Shown: positions 27,574-37,373, counted from the stretch's first letter. The stretch: 64,000 nt of DNA from an uncultured Candidatus Saccharibacteria bacterium (GCA_964589975.1 CAZPVH010000002.1:68217-132216); one strand, 5' to 3'. The notes: generated from the sequence alone by a model not told the origin. A program made the numbers and translations.

Positions 27574-27856
27574 TGTCAAATCAAAACCCCGCGCACATGG
27601 CGCGGGGGTTTGAAAAGTGCTCAAGCTTCTTGCTTCACCTTACGGAACTCTGCAAGGCTTCGGAACAGCCTGGCATTGTACTCGTGCATCATCTTCTGCA
27701 CTGTCGGATCGCTCGTGTCGAGGATTACGTGGCCGGCGAACTGCTTTTCCAGTTCTTGACGACGTTCTTCGTCACGCTGTTGGTCATGTTCCGCGAGCTT
27801 TTCCTCCGACAGTCCCTCGGTGATACCGAGTTTTTGTTTGAGGAGGGTGAGTTCGT
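27574..27856. repeat. Direct repeat copy 1 (179 bp identical, then about 100 bp similar)
   Basis: 27574-27752 identical to 29458-29636 (offset 1884); covers a -35 box, a terminator and the ORF 3' end. Confidence 0.95.
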
Positions 27857-29366
27857 TTGGGTGGACGAGCTTGATAAGTAGATCCAGCGCGTGACTGTCA
27901 CGGCTACCGTTCAACGGAACGGTCTCGGGATCTTGTTGTTGCCCATTTGATTCCACTATTAACGACGCATTCCCCTGTCGCAGTTCGTTTTGTCGGCTCT
28001 TCGATGCTGCCGATATCTTCTCCCTGATTTTCTCAAGGATGATATCGCGGTTCTCGAAGTAGATGAAGAAAGATTTGCCATTCGCCACACGTATACCCTG
28101 GAACGAGCCAGTAACACCGGGAGGCAGCATCGAGATGACCTTCTGATAGTTGTCCTGAAGCTTTTTCTTCAGCTCCGGACTCGCAGGCGTTACCGCGACA
28201 TACAGCAGTTTGTCATCTTCATCATCAACATTCGGGGTGTAGAAGTACTCCGCAAGAAGCCGCCAGTCGAAGAGCTTTTTGAAAACCTCCCTTACCACAG
28301 CTAGGCCGTCAGCCTTGTTGTAGCTGTCAGAAAGTTCTCTGATGATCTCCGAAGCTTTTTTCCCACGCCGTCTGAAGGCCTTTTCTCCGGCCTCGCTTAT
28401 GGCCAGGTAGACATTCTGCTTCCGCTCATCATGAGCCAACGCAGTTAGTCCATACTTCTGGAATAGCTCCAATACTTTTTCGGTATCAGTGCCTCGATCC
28501 ACGAAGGTGAACATGGCGAATTCATTCTTTCGCGACTCATGAGACTCGTACCTGAATCCCAAGAGGTGCTTCAGAATGAAATTGGCAGCGGTGTACGGAT
28601 CAACATCCATCAGCTTCCGGGTTTTGTGCGGCATGAATACCGGAACACTTCCGTAATCCTTGAGCTCGTAACGAAGTACGGAATGCTCATCTCCTTCTCC
28701 TTTCTGAATGTCGGGTTCATAGCCGAGTGTGGATTCAGCCACAGAAATGGCGCGTAAAGCTTCCGAGTCGTTCACGTAGAAATACTCGATCGCTACTCCT
28801 TTGTTCTCTAGCGGAACATAAGCACTTCGTCGTTTTGCACCAAAAAGCAGTTCGGCCTGATGGAAACGCTCGAGAATATCAAGCGCGGTTCGCATTGCCG
28901 GACTCCGTTGAACCTGGTCTGCTGGTGTCAGTGTACCCGCGTCCTTCGATGGTAAAACCACACGAGGCTTCTCCTCTTTTGGAACGCCTTGTGCCGGCTT
29001 TGGCGCTTGAGCTTTCTTGTTCTTCTTTTGCTCCAGGATCTCTAGGTAATCGTTGTACTCTTCTTTCGACACCTGCTCGACATTCACAAGCCTCATGGTC
29101 ACAGCCATCTTACCTGGGTGCTTCTCGGCCGAATCCATACTTCGCAGGTACTGCGCTGCTTTCGAACGTATGTACTTCGTCTTCGGACCATGAAAGAGGA
29201 TTTCTGTCCTCTCGAGATCAGGGGTGTCCAAGAATTCGAAAGTATTCCGATCTCCCGCGCTTGGTCCTTCTGATAGATGGTCTGGTTTGAACTTTCTGAT
29301 CAGGAATTTCGCCACCGTGCGTTCTTTACGACGCCTTGAGGTCATTTTGCCTTCGCTTGTGCCCAT
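27621..29366 (-). CDS. Large hypothetical protein, paralog of 29505-31232
   Basis: 581-aa ORF; shared motifs KERTVAKFLIRKF/RERVVAEMLIKKF and LTPADQVQ/LSPKDMVQ; identical C-terminus. Confidence 0.85.
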   Translation of the reverse strand: MGTSEGKMTSRRRKERTVAKFLIRKFKPDHLSEGPSAGDRNTFEFLDTPDLERTEILFHGPKTKYIRSKAAQYLRSMDSAEKHPGKMAVTMRLVNVEQVSKEEYNDYLEILEQKKNKKAQAPKPAQGVPKEEKPRVVLPSKDAGTLTPADQVQRSPAMRTALDILERFHQAELLFGAKRRSAYVPLENKGVAIEYFYVNDSEALRAISVAESTLGYEPDIQKGEGDEHSVLRYELKDYGSVPVFMPHKTRKLMDVDPYTAANFILKHLLGFRYESHESRKNEFAMFTFVDRGTDTEKVLELFQKYGLTALAHDERKQNVYLAISEAGEKAFRRRGKKASEIIRELSDSYNKADGLAVVREVFKKLFDWRLLAEYFYTPNVDDEDDKLLYVAVTPASPELKKKLQDNYQKVISMLPPGVTGSFQGIRVANGKSFFIYFENRDIILEKIREKISAASKSRQNELRQGNASLIVESNGQQQDPETVPLNGSRDSHALDLLIKLVHPNELTLLKQKLGITEGLSEEKLAEHDQQRDEERRQELEKQFAGHVILDTSDPTVQKMMHEYNARLFRSLAEFRKVKQEA

Positions 29367-29457
29367 TGGTTTAGGGGTTTTGGTGAGTTGAGAGCTCTTT
29401 TCAAAGAGCGGTCTCCGAATGGAGATTTATGTCAAATTAGCATACAAAATCATAACT

Positions 29458-29740
29458 TGTCAAATCAAAACCCCGCGCACATGGCGCGGGGGTTTGAAAA
29501 GTGCTCAAGCTTCTTGCTTCACCTTACGGAACTCTGCAAGGCTTCGGAACAGCCTGGCATTGTACTCGTGCATCATCTTCTGCACTGTCGGATCGCTCGT
29601 GTCGAGGATTACGTGGCCGGCGAACTGCTTTTCCAGCTCGTTGGCACGTTCTTCGTCACGCTGTTGGTCGCGTTGCCTCACCTGTTCCTCTGACATTCCC
29701 TCGGTGAAGCCGAGTTTTTGTTTGAGGAGGGTGAGTTCGT
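29458..29740. repeat. Direct repeat copy 2
   Basis: Matches 27574-27856. Confidence 0.95.
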
Positions 29741-31232
29741 CTTCGGTTGCCAGATCAACGAACCCCATCAACATGCGGAGCGCCAGAGACTCAGACTGCA
29801 CTGCTTCCTCCGGTTTGTCCAGGGCGGAAGCGGGTTCCTGCTCCTTTTGCCTTGGTGACCCCTGTCGCATTCCACCCTCATCTATTTTCCTCATCACGCT
29901 TGCGCGATCTGGGAAGTAAAAGAAGAGAGATGTCGTGCTTGTCAGACGTCCTTCAAAAGTCACTTCGACCCCAGCAGGCAATTTTTTCTGGATTGCACCG
30001 ATATTGTCACGAAGCACCTGCTTGCCCGGTTCTGCTTTGGCGCTGATTGCCATATAAAGCAGCGTTCCGTCTGCTGCAAAAGCCGGCGGTGGAACCATTC
30101 CGTAGTCGCTGCCAGCAGTCCATCCAGGGACAGCTTTCAGCGTGCCCGTTATCAGGGCGCGCGCTGAAACTGCATCAAAGACTTCTTCTGCCATTGTGTT
30201 GCTCGTGTTGGTAGGTGTATCGGCCGTAGAGTTAACCACGGTCATCTTCGCTCCGATCATGTCGGCGTTTTTGATGCGGAAGCATCGAGCGTCCAGCTTA
30301 TCGGCGGCATACGGGATGCCGAAGACAGTGAGACGTTCCAGTACTTCATCGCGCTTGTCATTGTGGCCGAGTCGGAAGATCGTGTTCTCGAGAGAAGACG
30401 GACCTTCGATCTTGCATTCGAACCGAAGCATTTTCGCGACGATGAATGTGGCTACCTTGACGGCAGAGAGCTGGCGCCCTTCGATGGTTCGGCTTTTCCT
30501 TGGCCGCAGGGTACGGAAGTTCGCATTCTTCAGTTCATTCAGGCAGAACTGAAGCACGACTTTTTCCGCATTGCGATTCCCCGGTCTCACGAGCGGCGTA
30601 TAACCGAAACAGTCCTCTGAAAGCTTCACGGCTTCGCTCGCCTCGATCTCGTCGAAGTAGTTATACTCGACGGCGACTTCGGGCAAATGACTCGGCAGGA
30701 AGACAAGTTCCGCTCTGCGGTTCTTGGTCCCGAGGAGCAGCTTGCTTTCATGCAAGAGCCTCACGGCTTCAAGACCCCGCTGTAGCGCCGAATCAGTTTG
30801 AACCATATCCTTCGGAGAAAGTCCGCCCTGCAGGTCACTCTTGACCGGGACTTTTTCAACAGGAGGCGTATCAGAGCGTCCGAAAATTCGTCCCTCGGGC
30901 ATTGGCTCTATGTCTTTCAGATGAAGAACAAACGATCCGTAGATAGTTCGGTCTTCCGCCTTATGGCCCTGCTGTCGGAAGTATATGATTGCTTCCTGTT
31001 TCAGCTTAGAGGCATTCCCGCCCGCGAATTGCACGATCGTCTTATTGTACGGGTTTGAATGCACATGATCCTTGAAGTGGAAGTAACTCCCTCCAGCCGA
31101 CCTGCTTTCAACGAGGTTGAATTCTGCGAATTTCTTGATCAGCATCTCTGCTACAACACGTTCCCTGAGGATCTTTTCTTTCTCGGTCCAAATCATTGGC
31201 GCCGCGCTTGCGGGGGCTACTGCTGTGTTCAT
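29505..31232 (-). CDS. Large hypothetical protein, paralog of 27621-29366
   Basis: Likely ATG at 31232 (MNTAVAP); TTGACA(31327)-17-TAAATT promoter; AACCAAAA-rich leader. Confidence 0.85.
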   Translation of the reverse strand: MNTAVAPASAAPMIWTEKEKILRERVVAEMLIKKFAEFNLVESRSAGGSYFHFKDHVHSNPYNKTIVQFAGGNASKLKQEAIIYFRQQGHKAEDRTIYGSFVLHLKDIEPMPEGRIFGRSDTPPVEKVPVKSDLQGGLSPKDMVQTDSALQRGLEAVRLLHESKLLLGTKNRRAELVFLPSHLPEVAVEYNYFDEIEASEAVKLSEDCFGYTPLVRPGNRNAEKVVLQFCLNELKNANFRTLRPRKSRTIEGRQLSAVKVATFIVAKMLRFECKIEGPSSLENTIFRLGHNDKRDEVLERLTVFGIPYAADKLDARCFRIKNADMIGAKMTVVNSTADTPTNTSNTMAEEVFDAVSARALITGTLKAVPGWTAGSDYGMVPPPAFAADGTLLYMAISAKAEPGKQVLRDNIGAIQKKLPAGVEVTFEGRLTSTTSLFFYFPDRASVMRKIDEGGMRQGSPRQKEQEPASALDKPEEAVQSESLALRMLMGFVDLATEDELTLLKQKLGFTEGMSEEQVRQRDQQRDEERANELEKQFAGHVILDTSDPTVQKMMHEYNARLFRSLAEFRKVKQEA

Positions 31233-31366
31233 GGTCCTGGTTTTTGGTTTGGTTTTGAGCACCTTTTCAAGGTACTTTTGGTTTTGGTTTCTAGTCGAAA
31301 TTTACTATTAAAAAATAGTTTTGTCAATAAACAAGGTAAGAATACTAAAACTTACTTAAATGAGCC

Positions 31367-33586
31367 TTATTTTGCGTAGTTTTCGGCTTCAGAAAATTTG
31401 ATTGAGAGGAGTTTCGAGCCGCCATCAGAACCGATAGTTACGCCGTAAATTACGTCGGAGCGTGACATGGTTTCCCTGTTGTGAGTCACGGTGATGAGGT
31501 TTGAATACTTTGAAAGCATCTCGATCATGTCGCCATAACGCCTGGAGTTCGCTTCGTCTAGGGCCGCATCGGTCTCGTCGAGCACCAAAAACGGCGGCGG
31601 ATTAACCTGAGTCATGGCGAAGACTAATGCAATGGATGTAAGCGAGCGCTCACCGCCAGAGAGCATATGGAGGTCTTTCACTTTTTTCTGCGGAAGCGTG
31701 ACGTTTATGTCGATTCCCGCATCAAGCTCTTCGGTGTCATCTCCGATGGCTTCTTCACCCTCTTCTTGAGTATTCGCGCGCCGAGGCTGCATGATGGATG
31801 AGAGGTACGCCGCCCCGCCGCCGAACATTTGTTTGAAAAACTCAGCAAATCGGTCATTAATTTTCTCGAGTCCAGTTTTAAATTCCCTATCAAGCGTTTC
31901 TTTTAGCTCCGCGATCAGCGTTGTGAGATTCTGAATGCTTTTGTCCAGGTCCTCAAGCTCTTTAGCCAGGAATTCATCACGTTCGCTAGTCTCTTTGTAC
32001 TCTTTCATGACATCATCGCCAGTACCAGTGCCGATATCTTCTAGCCTGATCTTTAGGCGCTCGATCATCCGACGAGCTTCGTCAATATTTTCGATCGGCG
32101 CGGATTCAAAATTTTTGTACGAGAGAATACTTTGGCCAACCAGAGCGACCGCTTCGCGCATTTCATTCTCAAAATTATTTTTCCGCGCGCTTAAATTCTT
32201 CAGGCGTTCTGAAAGTATCTCTTCTTCAGCCAGAAGTTTGTTTCTCCTGCCTTCCAGAGAGAATCTTTCTTCTTGGTCCTTGAAAGCAGCCCTTCTCTTT
32301 TCTTCCGCGTCGAGACGGAGGCCCGCTATCTTTCCAGCGTGGCCAGCTTTAATTTTCTCGATCTCTTCAATCTGAACTGAAATATCGCGCTTTGTGGTTT
32401 CAAAATCTTTGACGCCAACCTTTTCAGCGCTGCTTCCTGTCGACTTTCGGAATTTATCCCGAAATGCTTCAAAAAGCATCTTTATCCGACGGAGATTTTC
32501 TTTGATTCCCTCAAGGTCATCTTCCGAGATAGAACTCTCTATGAATTGCTCGAGATCGCGAGTAAAGGCATCGAATTCGTCCGCTTTTATAGAGATAGAT
32601 GATGGCGCGCCAGACTGACGAGATTCCATCTCGATCATTCCTTCGATACGGCCAAGTTTTCTGGAAAGCTCATCTTTTGTCCGATCTAGTGTAGTGATTT
32701 CATTTTGTATTTTTGAGATTTCAGCATTCAAAGAATCGTCAACACCACTACCGGAAGCATCCTTCATTGAAGCAAGCCTAACTTCAATTTCTTTTAATTC
32801 TTTTTCGGAACCTGATCTGTGATTCCTGAGGGCCGACTCCTCACTCGCGAGATACGACTCTTCGCCTTTGAAATATGATAGGTAAAGATTCGAAAGCTCG
32901 TTCCGGAGTTCTGCCCCTTTTTCAATCTTCTCTACCTGCTTTTTTAGGTATTTTATATGTGGAGCAAGTTCCCGTCGCATCAGACCAACTTCCTTCATAT
33001 TCTCACGAGTTTTGTCGAGTTTTTTGCCCGCGTCTTTCAAACGGTACTGGTAGACCTTGAGTCCGAGCGCATCCTCAATCATCGTTCGACGGTCTTTCGA
33101 AGAGCTCGTAAGAATTCTGTCAGCCTGGCCTTGAGAAATGATGTGATGTCCGGACGAGCCTATATTAACCGATGCCAAAAGCTCCACTATGTCCTTCAAA
33201 CGAACGCTGGTGCCGTTTATGGAGTAAACATTATTCCCATCAGGATAAACTTCGCGTCGAAGGATTATGTCGTCAAAATCAAGCGGCAAAGGTTCCGACC
33301 TGTCTCCCATCCGGAAAACCCGGTCTTTGTTATCAAAAGTGATTTCGACAGAGGCGCGTGAACCCTTCGGCAAATCTTTCGATCCTTTGAAAATGAGATC
33401 CGACCCCGTCTTGCCTCGAAGGCTTTTCATGGACTGTTCGCCAAGGACAAATCTAAAGGCTTCGACAATATTAGACTTGCCGGAACCGTTCGGACCGACT
33501 ACGCCGACAACCGGGACGTCAAAATCAAGCTTGCTCTTTTTGGCAAACGACTTAAACCCGACAAGTTCGATTGTCTTTAGCTTCAT
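31367..33586 (-). CDS. smc: Short SMC-family ATPase, no recognisable hinge
   Basis: GFKSF, GPNGSGKSN, Q-loop ISQG, LSGGE, LDETDAALD, VTH; only 739 aa; downstream of rnc. Confidence 0.9.
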   Translation of the reverse strand: MKLKTIELVGFKSFAKKSKLDFDVPVVGVVGPNGSGKSNIVEAFRFVLGEQSMKSLRGKTGSDLIFKGSKDLPKGSRASVEITFDNKDRVFRMGDRSEPLPLDFDDIILRREVYPDGNNVYSINGTSVRLKDIVELLASVNIGSSGHHIISQGQADRILTSSSKDRRTMIEDALGLKVYQYRLKDAGKKLDKTRENMKEVGLMRRELAPHIKYLKKQVEKIEKGAELRNELSNLYLSYFKGEESYLASEESALRNHRSGSEKELKEIEVRLASMKDASGSGVDDSLNAEISKIQNEITTLDRTKDELSRKLGRIEGMIEMESRQSGAPSSISIKADEFDAFTRDLEQFIESSISEDDLEGIKENLRRIKMLFEAFRDKFRKSTGSSAEKVGVKDFETTKRDISVQIEEIEKIKAGHAGKIAGLRLDAEEKRRAAFKDQEERFSLEGRRNKLLAEEEILSERLKNLSARKNNFENEMREAVALVGQSILSYKNFESAPIENIDEARRMIERLKIRLEDIGTGTGDDVMKEYKETSERDEFLAKELEDLDKSIQNLTTLIAELKETLDREFKTGLEKINDRFAEFFKQMFGGGAAYLSSIMQPRRANTQEEGEEAIGDDTEELDAGIDINVTLPQKKVKDLHMLSGGERSLTSIALVFAMTQVNPPPFLVLDETDAALDEANSRRYGDMIEMLSKYSNLITVTHNRETMSRSDVIYGVTIGSDGGSKLLSIKFSEAENYAK

Positions 33587-33643
33587 TCCTTATATTTTAC
33601 CATATGGATAGTCTGTTTATCCTGTGAAATCCATGCCCTCCCC

Positions 33644-33772
33644 GCGGAGCAAATATGTTTCAGGAAAGGGCTTGCCGGAGGATTTTTGTTTACAAAAAAT
33701 CTGAGGCAGAAGAAAATCCGGCTTCTGAATGCCGGATTATTCTGGTCCTTTCATGAAACATATTTGCGGAGC
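33644..33772. other. Highly structured intergenic element (23-bp outer stem enclosing two hairpins)
   Basis: 33649-33671 pairs with 33745-33767 (2 mismatches); inner GATTTTTGT/ACAAAAAATC and AATCCGGC/GCCGGATT stems; GCGGAGC at both ends. Confidence 0.7.
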
Positions 33773-33773
33773 C

Positions 33774-34469
33774 CTAATCTAGCCAAGACTTTAGCTCAAG
33801 AGCCGCCCTCGCCGCTGCCTGCTCCCCTTCTTGTTTAGATTTGCCGCCGCCTTTGGCAATTAGATCGTTTCCAAAAAATATGCCGATGACGAAATTCTTG
33901 TCGTGGTCCGGACCGGTCTCTTCGAGTGTTTCGTAGCGCGGTGTGACATTTACCATTTCCTGAGCTTTTTCCTGGACCAGAGATTTGGCGTCGCGCCAAA
34001 GCTTCTGTTTAACGATAGCGTCAATCTTGCCAAAAAGAGAGGCGGCGATGAATTCCTTGGCCTTGTCATATCCGGCATCGAGATAAATCGCGCCGACCAT
34101 AGCTTCAAAAGCATTGGCCAAAATATATTCGCGAGCTTTGCCTTTGTCTTTAGCTTCGCCTTTCGAGAGAAGCAAAAAGCTATTCATCCCGAGCTCAGTC
34201 GCGGCTTCAGAAATTGAAACGGTATTAACCATGGCGGCGCGGATCGCCGTCATCTCGCCTTCTGGTTTTTCCGGGAAGCGCTTGTAAAGCTCTTCGGTTG
34301 TCACAAGCTCAAGAACCGCATCGCCGAGGAACTCCAGGCGCTCGTTGTGAGTCGTGGCCACGCCAGAATTCTCGTTTATGTACGAGCGATGGATGAAAGC
34401 CTGCTTCAATAAATTTTTATCTTTAAAATTGAGGTTGTGTTTTTCTTCGAAAAGGCTGAAATCGGTCAT
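33774..34469 (-). CDS. rnc: Ribonuclease III
   Basis: HNERLEFLGDAVL, FEAMVGAIYLDAG, dsRBD with GPDH and SKQEGEQAAA. Confidence 0.97.
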   Translation of the reverse strand: MTDFSLFEEKHNLNFKDKNLLKQAFIHRSYINENSGVATTHNERLEFLGDAVLELVTTEELYKRFPEKPEGEMTAIRAAMVNTVSISEAATELGMNSFLLLSKGEAKDKGKAREYILANAFEAMVGAIYLDAGYDKAKEFIAASLFGKIDAIVKQKLWRDAKSLVQEKAQEMVNVTPRYETLEETGPDHDKNFVIGIFFGNDLIAKGGGKSKQEGEQAAARAALELKSWLD

Positions 34470-34470
34470 C

Positions 34471-35379
34471 TTAGGATACTTTCGTTGTAATATACTCGAC
34501 TGACTGGGCGAGAAGCGGCAAGATATCGTCGTAAGTATTTATGCTTTCGAGCTCCGAAAGCTTGAACCATTTGGCTCCGTCAAGGCCCCCGTTCGAATGG
34601 AGATCCATCTCTTTATACTCGGTTTTCACCAGATAATAGCTTACCTGCTTCAGGATTTTACCTTTTTCCGGGTGAGATGCAACATATTCGTTTTCACCCA
34701 AAAGTCGGACGATTTCCGTATCAAGTCCGGTCTTTTCTTTGATCTCACGGATCGCGCCCTGCTCAGATGTCTCTCCTGCTTCGACGCCGCCCTTTGCAAG
34801 CGTCCAATATCCGAATACATCGTGCACAAGCCCAACTAACGGCTCGCCATCTTTTTCCGTAATGATGACGCCACCAGCTTTTTTCTCTTTCGGAAGTTTG
34901 TCTGGATCAACTTCGGCGCTATTGTTCTGTTTCTTCTTTGAAACTTCATCTTTGCCTGGCTCGCCGAGTTCTTTGTAGACGGCTCCAAGAACTCCGTTCA
35001 CGAACTTGCCGGATTTTTCTCCGCCGAAAGTTTTCGCGAGTTCGATGGCTTCATTGATGGCAACTTTTGGCGGAACCTCTTCTTTGTTTCCAAATAAAAG
35101 TTCAGCGAGTCCGATACGAAGAACGTTTCTGTCAACAATAGCGATCTTATCCATCGGCCAATCCGGCGCAGCTTTCTCGATGATCTCGTCGATTAAGGTG
35201 TGCTTTTTTTGAACCAAGTCAAAAAGCCCCTTTGTAAAAGAGTTTTCCTTGAGTCCCGGAGCGAACTCAACAATGTTACGGTTTAATTTCTCATCAGTTC
35301 CTTCCGCTGACATGCCGTTAAAATCCCACTCAAAGAGTGTTTGTAAGACGACTGATCGCGCAAGGTGCCTATTGGCCAT
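34471..35379 (-). CDS. nusB: NusB fused to a C-terminal NUDIX domain
   Basis: [33 protein letters not shown]; then [10 protein letters not shown]...REIKEKTG. Confidence 0.92.
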   Translation of the reverse strand: MANRHLARSVVLQTLFEWDFNGMSAEGTDEKLNRNIVEFAPGLKENSFTKGLFDLVQKKHTLIDEIIEKAAPDWPMDKIAIVDRNVLRIGLAELLFGNKEEVPPKVAINEAIELAKTFGGEKSGKFVNGVLGAVYKELGEPGKDEVSKKKQNNSAEVDPDKLPKEKKAGGVIITEKDGEPLVGLVHDVFGYWTLAKGGVEAGETSEQGAIREIKEKTGLDTEIVRLLGENEYVASHPEKGKILKQVSYYLVKTEYKEMDLHSNGGLDGAKWFKLSELESINTYDDILPLLAQSVEYITTKVS

Positions 35380-35451
35380 ATGATAAGAACAAAAACTATA
35401 TTTAAAAGACCTTTATATTCTAGCAGACAAACAAAAAAGAACAAAAGCGAA

Positions 35452-35655
35452 CTACTTCGCTTTCGTCTTCTTGTCTCCTACCTTCACTACCGCGAGAACT
35501 TGTTTACCGCGGTACTTTCCCGTTTCGAGGGAAACCCTGTGACGAAGATGAGGAGTATTAGTTTCCTTATCAATCACGATGTTTGCCATCGGAGCTCTAT
35601 GATGAGACCTACGATTTTTCGTATGGGCTCTTGTATGTCGCATTCGGACTACCAT
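35452..35655 (-). CDS. rpmF: 50S ribosomal protein L32, Cys-free form
   Basis: RHTRAHTKNRRSH...HLRHRVS..TGKYRGKQV; located upstream of nusB-rnc. Confidence 0.9.
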   Translation of the reverse strand: MVVRMRHTRAHTKNRRSHHRAPMANIVIDKETNTPHLRHRVSLETGKYRGKQVLAVVKVGDKKTKAK

Positions 35656-35720
35656 GGCAACTAGTATACGGAAATCGCCAAATAATGCAAGAACGCCGCC
35701 CGGATGGGGCGGCGTTCGTC

Positions 35721-36524
35721 TTACTTTACATCAGAATGCAAATCGCGCTTCTTGAAGAGGAGCGGTGCATCGCGTTGGACCACGAAATCTCCAGCCTCTC
35801 CAGGGCGCGTGGGCGCATGCAGGACGTATTGGTACTTGCGAGCATCGAAGCCAACGCCTGAAGCCCATTTGTAGTCTGCTTTACCATTCTGATGAATACT
35901 GAATAAAGATGAATGTGCTTGCGACACCGATACTGGCTTCATCGCTGCTATCAATCCCCAAACATGCAACTCGGCATCGCTATCGAATCTGCTCAACAGC
36001 GCCTGTGGAGCTTCTTTAGGTAGAAGGGGCTCAAGTCCATAATCAGCTGCTCGCTTGATAACCTCGGTCATCCTTACATTTGGAGGTGTCAGGTCAATGT
36101 CACGAGGCGTCAACGTAATGGTCTTAATCATGAGAGGGAACTTTAGCTGCCCGATGTGTTTCGAACACAGAAGTTCGTGCGCTCTCACGGCGCTAACACC
36201 TGGCTGCGCCTCATCGATCATTGCTTTTTCTTGGATGAGTAATTTACCGATGGATTTGCTCCCTCTCAAGATGCTGATGTGTTGTTCGGGATTACTGAAT
36301 TGGAGGATATACGTATCGTGGTACTTGCGGGACCAATCTACGACCCTTCCCGTCTCAAAGATGATTTCCTGAAGACGTGCCTTTACCTTCTTGCGATCAA
36401 GCTTTCCGGGATGACCCTCTGGCGCATCAATCCGCTTGATCATGAACATGACGGTCCTCATGAGATCACCCAATTCTTCATCGGGCAATCTCGTGTCTTT
36501 TCTGACTCCTTTTACTTTTTCCAT
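35721..36524 (-). CDS. Hypothetical protein, paralog of 36651-37373
   Basis: Shared P.G..GKLD...V...LQE, TP.....V..R....GLE....APQ and AAM.P motifs; own promoter and hairpin at 35691-35717. Confidence 0.8.
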   Translation of the reverse strand: MEKVKGVRKDTRLPDEELGDLMRTVMFMIKRIDAPEGHPGKLDRKKVKARLQEIIFETGRVVDWSRKYHDTYILQFSNPEQHISILRGSKSIGKLLIQEKAMIDEAQPGVSAVRAHELLCSKHIGQLKFPLMIKTITLTPRDIDLTPPNVRMTEVIKRAADYGLEPLLPKEAPQALLSRFDSDAELHVWGLIAAMKPVSVSQAHSSLFSIHQNGKADYKWASGVGFDARKYQYVLHAPTRPGEAGDFVVQRDAPLLFKKRDLHSDVK

Positions 36525-36650
36525 GTTGGGAAAGTTCTACTGTGATCGGAATTGAAGGCTTCCGACCGTGGCCTTGTTTGTCATCACTTTACGTATAAAG
36601 AAAAATATTGCAAGAGAAAGGCCCGGCGCATACGCCGGGCCTCTTATCGC

Positions 36651-37373
36651 TCAGTCTTCTCCTGGTACCTCGTCTTTGACGGTTATCCGCCACAGCATCG
36701 CCTGATCTTTTTCAACAGCCTGAAAGGCATTGAAACGGCTGAACATGTAAGGATACTTTTCCGAACCCTCATCGGTCCGAATAGCGAAAGCCCAACTACC
36801 GTGTTCGACCTTGATGGGCGTCATGGCAGCCAAGAGCGAGTCTGGGTCTTTCAGTACCATCGTACTCAGGGCAACAACAAGCCCTTGCGGAGCATAGGAA
36901 GCCGAGATTTCCTCGAGTCCGCACTCCATCCCCCGCTGCAATACACGCTCAAATGGAATCTTCCGTTCTTGGAATCCCATCTCTCCCGGAGTTACAACGA
37001 TACAATCGAAATCAATCTTCTCGGACAGCTTCTGCTTCACACGAGTGGAAACCCCGAGAAGATCTATTGATGCCATGCCAACGCCGGCAAAAACTCCACC
37101 GACTTCTTGACCTCTTTCGTACAGGATATCCCTATGACGATATGGGCCATCAAACGGCAGGATGCTGGCTCGGAAGACTTCTCTTTGCCAGCCCTGGAAG
37201 CGGGCACCGACTTCTGCCAATTCCTGCAATCCTCTTACCACTCGATCATAGTCGAGTTTTCCCGCCTTCCCGTAAGGAAGATTCACCTTTGTAACAAGGT
37301 GATGCAACATGTTGGCAAGCCTTCCGCTTTCTTCCAACGTCATCTTACCGTCTAAGACTTTTGCGAGTCCCAT
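36651..37373 (-). CDS. Hypothetical protein, paralog of 35721-36524
   Basis: Likely ATG at 37373 (MGLAKVL); TTGCTT-16-TATAGT promoter; hairpin at 36617-36642. Confidence 0.8.
   Translation of the reverse strand: MGLAKVLDGKMTLEESGRLANMLHHLVTKVNLPYGKAGKLDYDRVVRGLQELAEVGARFQGWQREVFRASILPFDGPYRHRDILYERGQEVGGVFAGVGMASIDLLGVSTRVKQKLSEKIDFDCIVVTPGEMGFQERKIPFERVLQRGMECGLEEISASYAPQGLVVALSTMVLKDPDSLLAAMTPIKVEHGSWAFAIRTDEGSEKYPYMFSRFNAFQAVEKDQAMLWRITVKDEVPGED

Noticed and set aside
27574-29740. Repeat pair as the template and variable regions of a diversity-generating retroelement
   Set aside because: Mismatches are not restricted to adenines, both copies are coding 3' ends, and no reverse transcriptase is in the window.
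26265-31232. Prophage remnant
   Set aside because: No recognisable integrase, terminase, capsid, portal or tail motifs; genes are individually promoted and terminated.
36537-36584. Leader peptides MTNKATVGSLQFRSQ and MTNRRRPRAF... upstream of the 35721/36651 paralogs
   Set aside because: Their ATGs lie 1 nt after the predicted -10 boxes and would not be transcribed from those promoters; the shared hairpin explains the similarity better.
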